Below are positions 13,646 through 25,876 of a DNA stretch of 64,000 nt, one piece after another. Position numbers and translations under genes: made by a program. The notes beneath the pieces were generated by a model. The model ran no database searches. It had not been told where the DNA came from and saw only the letters and a list, made by a program, of their open reading frames with translations. The stretch is from the NCBI RefSeq assembly GCF_030144855.1, contig NC_082714.1, forward strand, positions 93,434,001 through 93,498,000, written 5' to 3'. How positions within the stretch are numbered: position 1 is the first letter of the stretch; each line of letters opens with the position of its first letter. Origin of the DNA: Hypanus sabinus. Taxonomy: Eukaryota.

Positions 13646-15314
13646 TTTTCTTTCACCCTATCTCTCTCCCTCCACGCTCTCACCGTCTCAACCTCTGTTT
13701 GTTTTGTTTCCCATAACTCATTCTACCTCTCTCTTTCCCTGTCCATCTGTCTCTCCATTCATCGCTTGTCACAACTAATTCCAATAGACCAATTGTTTTT
13801 ATGATTCAGTTTTAGAACGTGTCTCTTCCTAGAACTGTGGTTTCTCCGATTGAGAGAATTTAAATAAAGTTCAGTCGTATCTCATCAACGCCCCCACCTT
13901 CCCGGGACCTAGCGACCGAACCACCTGCACCACTTCACAAACAGGACAGAAACAGCAGCAATTTGAGTAACTGTCGCTAAATAAAGGCTGTGCAAGCCCC
14001 GTCCCGATCCCCATGGGGAGATGACGCGGTCCGCAGCTGCATCAGTGCTGCTCACAACACAGACAGTTCGACCCTTTTCATCTGTACATCCCATCCTCGA
14101 CTCTGGGCAAAGGCCAAAAAATTTCATGGGGCCTTGTGAAAGAAAATTAAAAGCCCCTGACTGAGTGAAGGAGACGTTAACTGGACTGACCAATGTCCTG
14201 CTTTCTGAAGAATTACCATATTCCAGGTTATGAACGACACGTATTCTAAATTTTAATCGCCATCTCCAATTATCTAATGAGAAGCAATCGATAGAACAGG
14301 CCTTACACAACCCTAACTAAAGGATATTAAACAATACTATTTCACAAATAAAAAGAAGTCAGTGTTTCACAGTTGCGTTATTAGATAAATGTTGATACCG
14401 TGTCACATTGAGTCGAACTTTTACTTGTATGAAATTTCTTCTCATCTATTACACAGTATCGAAAAGATCGTGGCAGAGTGAAGGCTGAGTGGTGATAAAC
14501 TATATCATGGACAAGAGAAGGGAGATTTGATGTCCCACACATGGCTCACTGTTAATCACATCATTCATCAGAGTGCCGATCAGCATCAGACTCAGGTATA
14601 ATATCAGAGCCTTATATCGTTAAATTTGCTGTTTGTATTCCAGAGGCTGGGGACCTGATTAAGAAAAACATGGAATGTCAGAAAGTAACAGAGCACCACA
14701 AAACCAAATCAGACCTTTCGGTCCATCTAATCTGTTCCGAATTATTAATATCGTTATTCCCGTCATTCTGCACCCGGACCAAATGCCTTCATACACCCCC
14801 CCATCCAAATTTCTCTTAAATTTTGAAATTGACCTTCATCCATCACATCCGCTGGTAAATCTTTTAACCCGCTCACCATCCATTGAGTGAAGAAGTTTCC
14901 CCCGATGATCCCTTTAAACATTCCATCTTTTACCCTTATGTCATATCTTTAGTTGTAGTCTCACCCAATATCAGTGCAAAAGTAGCCTGCTAATATTTTA
15001 CCCTTGCTATATCCCGCTGGAATTGCGTAGTAGGGGACATAAAGAACCAATACTGGCAATATAAGTATGTAAGAAAGAAGTTTAAAGTGGAATGGTGAAC
15101 TTGGATCAATTTCACACTGAGAATGGAAACACCAGAAAGTAAATAAATAAAGAGTCGGTGAAATTATACACATGTATGAGAAGGCAAAGGAATTCATCCG
15201 GAAATACACTGGAACTACAGGCCGCCGTGACACTCTATCACACTATACAAGCAGCATAATGAAGAAAGTGTTTTTGATCAAGAAAAAAATCACCGGGATC
15301 CAATACCAAATATA

Positions 15315-15315
<1 letters not shown>

Positions 15316-15379
<64 letters not shown>
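15316..15379. repeat. (CA)n microsatellite
   Basis: Direct reading. Confidence 0.98.
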
Positions 15380-15382
<3 letters not shown>

Positions 15383-17938
15383 TATAGTTATTTAGAAAGA
15401 GAGGGGGAGAGAGTGAGAGAGGGAGAAAGAGAGAGAGAAATCTTAGTCATAGAAGGATGTCGGAATCTATTATTAACACCATAAGGAGACCATAAGACAT
15501 AGGAGCAGGATTAAGAGTCTGCTCCGGCATTTAATAATGGCGGATCCTTCTATTATAGCTCCTTCTGAACCACAGTTCCCGGACTTCTCCCCGTAACCTT
15601 TGATGCTATGTGCAGTCAAAAACCTTTCAATCTCTGCCTTAAATACACCCAACGACCGGGCCTCCACAGCTGCATGTGGCAACGAATTCCACAAATTCAA
15701 TACCCTTTGGCTAAAGAAATTTCTCCTCATCTCTGATTTGAAAAGGCATCTTTGTATCCTGAGGCCCTAGATTCTCTCACCACGGGATACATCCGTTCCA
15801 CTGTGTCTAGGCCTTTCAACATTCGAAAGGTTTCAATGAGACCACCTCCGCACCCCTCCCACCCTGCGTATCCTTCTGAATTCCACAGAGTACAGACACA
15901 GAGCCATTAAACCTTCCTCGTATGATAAACCTTTTATTCATGGAATCATCATTGTGATCCTCCTTTGAAGCCTGTCCAATGCCAGCACAGCCCTTCTAAG
16001 ATGAGGGGCCCAAAATTGTTCACAATACTCAAGGTGAGGCCTCACCAGAGCCTTACAAATCCTTGGAATCTCATCTGTGCTCTTGTATTCTAGACCTCGA
16101 AATGAATGATAACTTGGCATTTGCCTTCCTTACCAACGACTCAAACTGACAGTTAACCTTCATGTTGTTCTGCACAAGGACTCCCAAGTCCCTCGGTATC
16201 TCAAATTCACTAATTTTCTCACTGCATAGAAAGTAGGCCACAGATTTATTTCTACCACCAAACTGCATGACCATACATTTTCCAACATTGTATTTCATTT
16301 GCTACTTTCTTTCCCATTCTCCTAACCTGTCTAAGTCCGTACCACAACATTACCTGCCCCTCTGAACAAACTTCGTATCATCTGCACACTTGGCAACAAA
16401 GTCATCTATTCCATCATCTAAATCATTTATATACAGTATAAAAAAAAGTGGTCCCAACACCGACCTCGGCGGAACACCACGAGCAGCCAAACAGAAAAGG
16501 ATGCTTTTATTCTCACTCACTGCTTCCTACGTATCAGCCAATGCTCTAACCATGTTATTAAATGTTCTGTAATACCATGGGGTCTTAACGTGATAAGCAG
16601 GCTCATGTATGGCAACTTGTCAAAGCCCTCTGAAGGTCCAAATATACAACATTCTGTGCACCCCCTTTATCCCCTTTGTAATCTCAAAGAATTTCAACAG
16701 ATTCTTTAGGCAGGATTCTCCCTGAAGGAAACGATGCTGAGCTTGTACTATGTTGCCCCGTGTCAACAAGTGGTCCATCACCTTATCCTTAACGATTGAC
16801 TCTAACGTCTTCCTAAACACTGATATTCGGCTAACTGGTCTATAATTTCCTTTCTGCTGTTTTCCTTCTTTCTTAAATAGTGGAGTAACATTTGGAAATT
16901 TTACAGTCACGTGGTACCATGCCAGAGTCCAATTATTTTTGAAAGATCATATCTCATGCCACCACAGTCTCTAATGCTACCTCATTCAGAACACTAGCGT
17001 GCAATTCCTCTGGTCCAGGTGACGATTGTACATTTAGCACCTTCTCTCTTCTTTCACACACTACAACATCACACACACTGCTAGTGTCTTCCACAGTGAA
17101 GACTGATGCAAAATACTCATTTAATTCTTCAGTTATCTCCTTGTCTGCCGTTAAGATTTCTCCTGACTCGTTTTCAGCAGTGCTATATCCACTCTCATTT
17201 CTCTTTTTATTAAAGATACTTGAAAAAACTTTTACTATCCACTTTGCTGTTATTTGCTTGCTTGGTTTCATATTTCATCTTTTGCCTTCTAATTTTTTTT
17301 GGTTGCTCTCTGTAGGTTTTTAAATCTTCCCAATCCTCTATCTTCCCACTGATATTTTTCATTGTTGTATGCCCTTTGTTTTGCTTTGACTTTCCTTGTC
17401 AGCCATGGTTGCAATGATTTATCATTTGAATACTTCTTCATTTTTGGAATACAAATGTCCTGCACCTTCCTCATTTCCCCAGAAACACATATTATTGCTG
17501 CTCTTCTGAATTGCTTGCCAGCAACTCCTGCCAATTTACTTTGGCCAACACCGTTCGAATACCACTGTAGTTTCCCTCACTACACTGAAATACTGCTATA
17601 TCAGAATTTACATTCTCTCCGTGAATTTAAAGTTGAACGCAATTTTATTGTGATGAATATTTCCTCAGGGTCTTTTACATTAAGCTTCCTAATCGTCTCC
17701 GCTTCATTACATAATACCCAATCTAGTATAGCTGACTCCTTACTGAGCTCAACGAAATGCTGCTCCAAAAAGCTATCTGTGAGGCATTCAACAAACTCAC
17801 TCTCTTGAGATCCATTACCAACTGAATTTTCCCAATCGACCTGCATGTTAAAATCTCCTTGCCTATATCCTTGCCTTTTCTATTTTCTGTTGTAAAGTTT
17901 GATCCATCTTCCAGCTTCTGTTGGGATGCCTGTATATA

Positions 17939-18194
17939 GAGTTGAGGAAGAGCTTCTTCTCCCAGAGAGTTGTGGAGGTGTAGAATGCACTGCCTCGGAA
18001 GACGGTGGAGGCCAATTCTCTGGATGCTTTCAAGAAGGAGCTGGATAGATATCTGATGGATAGGGGAATCAAGGGATATGGGGACAAGGCAGGGACTGGG
18101 TATTGATAGTGAATGATCAGCCATGATCTCAGAATGGCGGTGCAGACTCGAGGGGCCGAATGGTCTACTTCTGCACCTATTGTCTATTGTCTAT
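17939..18194 (+). mobile_element. Short young CR1 3'-end insertion within the older CR1
   Basis: About 255 bp with 5 visible mismatches to 13383-13640; same ATTGTCT tail. Confidence 0.9.
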
Positions 18195-19023
18195 ATTAGC
18201 GCCACCAATATCTTTTTACCCTTGCAGTTTCTTAATTCAACACACAATGATTCAACATCTTCCGATCCTATGTCACATCTGATTTGATGCCATCCTTCAC
18301 CAGTAGAGACTCTACCTGCCTTCCTATCCCACCGGACTAACTTATAATCTTGGACATTGAACTTGCAACTACAACCATCCTTCAGCCACAACTCACTGAT
18401 GGACACAGCGTCATAACGGCAATCTGTAAAATTTCAACAAGATTATCCACAGTATTTATTATATTATGCGCATGTAGATTCAATACTTTGAGTACTGCAT
18501 TTGCGATCCTTTCTGATTCTGCATCCTTAATGATTTGCACTCAGCCTGCTGACTCTGAATTGAGTCCCATCACCTGCGTGCCTTTCCTGACAATCTCACT
18601 GCATTCTATCTTCACATGTTTACTATCCGTCCTATTCTGAGTCCCTTCACACCGTTTCCCACCAATCTGCCAAGTTAGCTTAAACCTTATCCAACCGCTG
18701 TAACAAACCTGTTCGCGGGAATATTTGCCACCCTCGGGTTCAGGTGCAACCCATAACTTTTGACCACGTCATCCCTCCCCCAGAAGAGATATTATCCATG
18801 AACCTGAAGACCTGCCCGCTGCATCAGCTTCTCAGCCACGTATTTTCTGCCAATTAGTATTGTTTTCATCTTCACTATCGCGTGGCACAGGCAGCGATCC
18901 ACTGACTACTACTTGGGAGGTCCTGCTTCTCAGCTTTCTACCGATGTTTCTAAATTCTCTTTTCAGGACCGTATTTCTTTTCCTTTTCATTATATTGGTA
19001 CCATTATGGACCAATAAATCTTG

Positions 19024-19026
<3 letters not shown>

Positions 19027-19076
<50 letters not shown>
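19027..19076. repeat. (CT)n microsatellite
   Basis: Direct reading. Confidence 0.98.
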
Positions 19077-19078
<2 letters not shown>

Positions 19079-21016
19079 GACATCCCTGACCCTGGCACCT
19101 GGGACACAACATACCACATACCACATACCATCCGGGTGTCCCGGTCTGGTGTACAGTATCTCCTGTCTGTTCCCCTCTCTTTTGAGTTCATAGCTTATGC
19201 AATAGAACGATTGGCAATGAGAGGACGCTGTGCATGTTGATTGTCAGCAGGCCGCCTGTTAAGTCATTCCCAAGAGTTTGCAGAAAAAGAAAATCTAGCT
19301 GTTCACAGTGTATATCCATACATTTGGACAAGGGAATGAAGTTCAATATTGCGTTTTTTGTTGATTATCAGTGTTATCAGGACAGTGCAGATTGACTGAA
19401 CTGATGTTCACTGGTTCACAAAACAGGCAGTGGTACAAAATACCAAATAAAATGTGGAGAAATGTGAGGTCATGTGCAGAAAAATGTTCAGAATTGGAGT
19501 CTCTTTCAAAGGCGAAAGGGTACAAGTTCATGTTGAAGTTTATTGACAATTAACCATACAAATGTACACAAACGAACCACCCTGCCTCTGAGGCCAAGGT
19601 GAAAAACACAGAAGATAAAGCCATTCACATAAGGTACAGTAACAGTCCAACACTTGCAGTCAGAAAATAGATATTGGCACAAGGGTCTGAGTGGCATGGT
19701 CTGAAGCTCGACCGGTTGACGTGAAGTGTGAAGTGTAAGTTTATGTAAGGCAAAGTAATGTTTATTTATCCATCTATTTATGTATGTATTTATTTACGTA
19801 CATAGCTTGTCTTATTTTGCACCTTGGTTGTTTGTCCGTCTTAGAGTTCAGATTTTCATTGCTTGATTCGCATTCTTTTCAATCTACTGTGAATACCCTC
19901 AAGTCAATGAAATCCCGGGGTTGTGCAGAATGTGATGACTTACCGCACTTTGATAGTAAATTTATGTTGAAGTTTGACTTTTATAATCCCAAGCCTGTGA
20001 CCACGGTCTAATTTATATGCCCCAATTTAGTCAGTCCAGTGGTTTCTGATCAGTGGTCGACCCCCCCCCCACCCCCGATGTTGATGGCGAAGTAAGGAGT
20101 AAGGTAATGGAATGTCACGGGCTGGTGGTCAGATCCTTTCCTGTTGACAGCGGCCATTGCTGGAACTAATGTAGTCAGACTGATGTTTGCTCCTACCAGC
20201 CTTGTCTGACTACTTTCGGAGTCGTTCCATCCCTCAATATCTCACTGTCGGAAGATTACATGAATGGGGTTTCAGTTGAATGTTCTCGGACGTAAATGGC
20301 GACTGTCTATTTCCCGGCTCAGATGCTGCCTGACGCGTTCAGTCGTCCAGTTCTTTCCGAGTTGCTCCAGATTCCAGCATCTGCTGCGGTTTTCATCACC
20401 GGTGCAATTATTGCTGAACATCCCTAATTCCCATCTAATGATACCCGGAAGTTTCACTGTCGAGAGGAGCACTCCTAATGCCCTGCTGCTTTGATTGAGC
20501 TCCACTGCAACCCCATTGCACAGTGACTGACCCTAATGTCTGACGTTAAGTGAAATTCTGCTCAGTCCCGCTTTAGAGACTATAGAGAAAAGAAAATACT
20601 TGTCGTTTGGGAGTTACGCATTTCAGCGACAACCTTTAGACCCTCACAAGCAAAGCAGTGATTCGTTCTCTGCAGGAATGACAGCTTCTCAGATTAGAAC
20701 CGATGCATTGTCGAGGTAATTCTGGGATGGCATAGAGACTTTGTTGAAATTTGATGTGACCTTGAAAGGTTTTGTTTTGAATTGCCATTCTGAGCTGAGT
20801 CAAGGAGCTGAGTGCCACCACCACCCACACTTATTGTTCCAGAGGGAAGCAGCTGAAACAATGTCTAAAATCAGTTTAGCCTGATAATTCTCCGATGTTC
20901 TACTGGCCTGGATATGTGATGCAACTGAAGATAAAACAATCTTGAAATTAGTGGTGAAGGTTTTAAAAATCAGCAAGGTGGCCATTCAATGGTTCCGAAG
21001 GTCAGCAAGTCAATCT

Positions 21017-21069
21017 CCGCCCACCTTCTTCCCCTGGCGCCGCCCACTCATTTACATCCCAATTAATAA
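21017..21069 (+). promoter_or_regulatory. Putative IgL promoter: two GC boxes, variant octamer, TATA-like element
   Basis: CCGCCC at 21017 and 21040, ATTTACAT at 21050-21057 (one mismatch to ATTTGCAT), TTAATAA at 21063-21069, about 130 bp upstream of the leader ATG. Confidence 0.5.
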
Positions 21070-21185
21070 GCGGACCCGAAGACCTCAGTTAGTAGACCCT
21101 GGAACCGGAGCGGTTACCGAAGTTTGCAGAACAGCGCATGGTTCGGTCGGAATTTTTGTTGAATTGTCTGCACCTGTCCGGAGGA

Positions 21186-21234
21186 ATGTCCCCAGCGCTG
21201 CATCTCCTGTGGGTTCTGCTGGTCCATTTACCAG
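21186..21234 (+). CDS. Ig light chain cluster 1, leader exon (MSPALHLLWVLLVHLP-G)
   Basis: ATG at 21186, hydrophobic signal peptide, phase-1 donor CCAG|gtgata at 21235, 107-bp intron ending ttgcag at 21341. An in-frame upstream ATG exists at 21138. Confidence 0.9.
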
Positions 21235-21341
21235 GTGATAGTAGGACTGGTTTACGCACGAATTATCCGTTTAAATTGGGATTACTGCTGATCTTTATTT
21301 TGCTCCAAGTCAACCAGTGATTTTATTGTGCTTTATTGCAG

Positions 21342-21695
21342 ATATCCACGCGGCCCCAGTGCTCAATCAGAACCCAATGTCCGGACCTGTTTCCGCGGGA
21401 CAAACCGTCCGCTTAGAGTGTCGGATACAGAACGGTAATGTTGGAAGTTACTACATGAACTGGTACCGACAGCGTCCCGGGGAGAGACCGCAGTGGGTGT
21501 TAGGACATAGCACAAGCAATAGCATAGACCGAGGGACGGGGATCACAGACCGTTTTCAACCGTCCAGGAACACCCAGAGCAACAGTCACATCCTGACCAT
21601 CAGCCGTTTGGAGTCCGGGGATTCCGCTGTCTATTACTGTGCAGTGTGGGATAGTGGAGTTATCATCGGTCCAGGCACCATCCTGGATATCAAGA
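21342..21695 (+). CDS. Ig light chain cluster 1, germline-joined VJ exon, cartilaginous-fish type I / sigma-cart class
   Basis: Open frame DIHAAPVLNQNPMSGPVSAGQTVRLEC...WYRQRPGERPQWVL...DSAVYYCAVWDSGVIIGPGTILDIKS with both Cys and the Trp; J motif continuous with V; donor AAGA|gtaagt at 21696; no heptamer/nonamer between V and J. Isotype assigned from remembered resemblance to shark NS5 / skate type I chains. Confidence 0.93.
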
Positions 21696-23365
21696 GTAAG
21701 TGACTCCCCCTTTCTGTTACAAACAATTCCTGCTACAGACACTCTCATTCCATACAGCTGGTTAAAACCCCATCCAGTGAAGGCCTGGGGGAGGTTCCAT
21801 TTGGCACAAGGGGCAGTTCAGCCCATCGAGGCAGCCCCCAACAATCAAATTAATGTTCGTTTGAATTCTGAACAATTTTGTTTGGAGACTTTTGATCTAT
21901 TTCAGTTGGTATAGCAAAATTCAATATTTCCGACATCCCTTCTCTTTAACACTATAGGCTTCGTCGAATGTATTGTTGGTATTGGTTTATTTTTGCCACT
22001 TTTCACAAGGTGCAATGAAAAGTTTGTCTTGCATTGTGCCCATAAAGATCACGCGATGACAGCTCAATGAGTTAAACAGTTTAATGCAGAATAAAATGTA
22101 ACAGAGGAAGTGCAGTGCAGGTAGAGAAGTTGCAAGATGAGAAGGATGTAGATTCTGAGGTCAATCGTCCATTTTATCGCATGAGAGAACCATTCAATAA
22201 TCTTATTACAGCGGCGCCCCTATCGTGTCAAATTAAACCAATCCCTGCTGTCTACAAATGCTCTCCATTCTCAGCACACCCATGTGTCCATCTAGCAGCT
22301 TCTTAGACGTCCCTATCGTATCTGCCTCCTCCACCTCATGTAGCCTCCACTCTGTAAAAAAGTACACAGTCACCGAGCTTCTCCAGTACATTTTCACACC
22401 TCTTGCCTTTCGATTTCTGCCCTGGGGAAAAAATCTTGACTGTCGATCCTATCGCTCTCTCCCATCCTGTCTTGAGTAATGTTCATACATAACTTGGGGA
22501 AATGATAGGTACTGCAAGCATGACATCTATCCTTCCCTCTTCATTCACCACCTCTGAGAACCTGTTAGTCGCGAATATTCCATAATATTTCCCGGTGCGG
22601 TAAATATAGGACCAGAGGGCAGGATGTTCACCATTTCAAGTTAACGCAATTCAGAGTCTGTGATTAAGAACCGTGTTAATATGATTGTAGAAAACACAGG
22701 AGAAGAACATCAGACTTTAAAAATAATGCACACTAGGGGAAGGTGTTGGGCACAAAGCAGGCTGGTCAAAGAGTCGAGCGGCAATAAACCGGGTTACCAC
22801 AGGTTCGGAATGCAGACAGAGTCTGAACGAGTGGATTCACCTCTTCCCGCTTCTCACTGGTTCACAGGCTGCACTTTTTTCCGTCATTTCCTCTTCAGTC
22901 ACTGGGTACCGAGGCTTGGATATTCACTGAGCTGTCCCGACCGCGGGACATCCCAAAGAACCTTCATTCTATTAACAGCTGAAGGTGTAGTATTCTCAGT
23001 TATTGCCCTAAGAGTTCAAGATTTGGGTATTTATTGGAGAACAACAAAGGGACCAATCATCTGGGCAAGGAGTGGGGTTTAGTGAAGAGGTTGAGTAGTG
23101 TTGAAGTTATCTTTTAACATAATGTAATGCCGAGAGCAGAGTGGATTCAAAAAGTGTTCTTTTGAAATAAATTATGTCACGTCGTAACCGCACAAGGCTG
23201 TGAATAATCCTGCAACTCTTCACTCAAAGATTTGTACCCGAGGGGTCAAATGTGCCGTATACTGAGTCCCAATGCCTGTGTTAATTCCGACGCTGGTGTT
23301 TCTATCTCTGAAAAGTCCATGAAATAATATTGTTTCTATTCCTATCCGTCTCCTCTCTCCCACAG

Positions 23366-23694
23366 GTAGCGATTCCCGAGTACCGTCAGTTCTCCTGCTC
23401 CCTCCTTCTCCAGAGGAGACCCGCTCGGATTCGGCCACTCTCTCCTGTCTGGTGAGTGGTTTTAAGCCGGGCTTGGTAGCGCTGCGCTGGAACGTGGATG
23501 GGGTGGAAACAGACAGTGGCGTGACGACAGGCGCCGTGTCCCTGGACACCGACCAGACCTACAGACTGAGCAGTTACCTGCGGGTTCCCACCGCTGCCTG
23601 GAACAAGGGCTCGAGCTATTCCTGCAGCGTGAGTCACAGCTCGCTGAGCTCGCCGCTGCGCAGCACCATCTCTTCATCCGCCTGTGCTCAGTGA
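23366..23694 (+). CDS. Ig light chain cluster 1, constant (C1-set) exon
   Basis: Acceptor ctcccacag|GT, phase matches the VJ donor; ...PSVLLLPPSPEE...ATLSCLVSGFKPG...RWNVDG...YRLSSYL...YSCSVSHSSLSSP...SACAQ*, with C-terminal interchain Cys. Confidence 0.95.
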
Positions 23695-23973
23695 GAGTGT
23701 GCCGGCTGTCAGTACACGCGGATTGTTTGCTCTTGTTTAATGCAGTGAAGCAATGTGCAGCAGCTCATTGCAATGTAATTGTGTAGTAATGTTCGCTTAT
23801 GGGAACAGGCAGAATGTTTAATGATTTCAGAGCAGTTGGCGATAATAATCTATCTTTTGCACGGACAATTCTGTGTACGACTGTCCCCAGTGTGCTATAT
23901 TTGAACTACCGCTGTGTGCAGAATCAGGAGCGATCTCCTGTACTGCGGTTGGAACTTGTGTAACACAACTCTA

Positions 23974-23979
23974 AATAAA
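23974..23979 (+). terminator. Polyadenylation signal, IgL cluster 1
   Basis: AATAAA 280 bp after the C stop; same position and context (acacaactctaaataaaag) in cluster 2. Confidence 0.7.
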
Positions 23980-25674
23980 AGAGGAAACAGCGATAGATCT
24001 ATCGTGTCTTGTCTTTGCTCGATTGATGACAGTACGTTAGGGGGAATGGTTGCGGATATCGTGCCGTCCATGAGACTGAATCAGAATTATAGTTAAATCG
24101 ACTCCGACATCTTATTCCGCTTTTCAGCTCTCTGTTTCCTGAGCGTTCTTTGGCCGTCGGCACTCAACTCCCACCACCCCCTTCCCCCTCCCCCGCCATC
24201 ACCGGAACCTTCTATTCCTCATCGTTCTGCAGGTCTGCACTTCATTTACAACCATCTCTGTGGAGGAAGATCAACATTCTCACTGTGTTTTGGCCAAGAC
24301 TTCCCACCATTCGGAGTGTGACATTGTAGGGATGTTTCCCCGAGACTTGACCATTGTCTCCATCAGTTCCGGTTAGTTACTGAATGACGGCCATCGGCCT
24401 CACTTCCCGTCCTGACACCACCGTCACCACCCACCACACCCACACACACCCGTTAATTTGCGTAACTCAGGGTTATCTTCAGAGTTTATTGTAAATTTGT
24501 TATCTAATTATGTACACATCTTCATATGCGACTATGGTTTTCATTTTCTTACAGGTTTTCATAGCAAAATGAAGAAACACAATAGATGCAGTGAAAAACT
24601 ACACACAAAGACTGAGAAGCACAAAGAGGAATAGACACAAATAAATAAATGGATAGATACAAAAAATCCAGAGAGAAATAAATAAAACATGCATGAGTGA
24701 TAAATCAATTAAATTTACTCAATTAAAAATAAATAAACAAACCGATAAAGGGATAATGGATTAATACTTAAATAATACTGAGGGCATGAGTTTGAAAGAG
24801 AGTCAAGAGATCTTGGAATCAGTTCAGAGATGTGGTGATTAGAGTCATCCACTTTGGTTTAGGAGCCTGATGTTTGAACCCTTCCTAAAGCCTGGAGTGC
24901 AGGATCTGAGACTGTAATTGTCAGATGGGATGGAGTTGCTGAAGCTTGAAAAAAAGTGTAAGATGACTACAGAGACCCGTTTAGTTATGGTAAAGGTTTA
25001 TATTGTCTGATCTATAGCGTAGTCTTTATGGAGGAGGTAACTGATAAGACGACTGCGTTAGCTCCACAAACACACAGCGACATAAGTAACATTTCACACA
25101 AATTATTTACGGTTGCCTGACCTGCTGATTTTTTCAAGAATTTGGTGTAGAAATCTCTCTTCGTCATTAATGAGGTTTTTATGTTGTTTGGATGGTGTCA
25201 ACCTTTTCCTGGGCTGGATAATCACTCTATTTATAGACTATACAGAGCAACGTGGGCAACATTAGAGAAAATGAATCCTGTGCATAATCTAGAAGTCAAA
25301 TGAACAATCGGGCAACTGCCGCCGGCACTTGGTTTACTGGAACAATTAACATGTTTCACATCTTAAAACCTCTTTGAAAATGCTGAGATAGTCAAGAGCG
25401 TTATAAAACACTAAAAACAGGAAAATCAATGAACATAAAATAGAATACATTAAATATAAAATATTAGCTTTATTTGGCATACGTAGAAACAAACAAACAG
25501 CGCCGTTTGCGTCAAATCAAATCAAAAAGGATTGTGCTGTGGACAGATCGGAATTGTCAGCACGCTTTCGGTGACAACATGTATTTATTTGGTATTTACG
25601 CATTTACCTATCTGCCAGTCTTTATATCTATCTAACTGTCTGTCTGTCTACGTATGTGTGTATACATCTAGCCA

Positions 25675-25876
25675 NNNNNNNNNNNNNNNNNNNNNNNNNN
25701 NNNNNNNNNNNNNNNNNNNNNNNNNNNNNNNNNNNNNNNNNNNNNNNNNNNNNNNNNNNNNNNNNNNNNNNNNNNNNNNNNNNNNNNNNNNNNNNNNNNN
25801 NNNNNNNNNNNNNNNNNNNNNNNNNNNNNNNNNNNNNNNNNNNNNNNNNNNNNNNNNNNNNNNNNNNNNNNNNNNN
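25675..25876. other. Assembly gap (202 N)
   Basis: N run. Confidence 1.

Larger units (their letters stand above)
15476..19250 (-). mobile_element. Old decayed CR1 LINE (ORF1 esterase, EN and RT fragments)
   Basis: Minus-strand fragments LVRPHLEYCEQFWAP, NVTPLFKKEGKQQKGNYRPVS, SAILDWVLCNE, LRSRTSQVVVSGSLPVP. Confidence 0.85.
21190..24450 (+). repeat. Duplicated IgL cluster unit, paralogous to 45419-48370
   Basis: Leader, both introns, C and 3' flank are colinear; cluster 1 carries an extra insertion of about 310 bp at 24110-24420. Confidence 0.9.

Noticed and set aside
14459-14595. Exon-like segment with YIMDK...LLI (caspase-like)
   Set aside because: Two stops, wrong motif spacing and no neighbouring caspase exons.
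21640-21700. RSS between V and J or after the V relic
   Set aside because: No CACAGTG plus nonamer at 12/23 spacing; an isolated CACTGTG at 42713 also lacks a nonamer.
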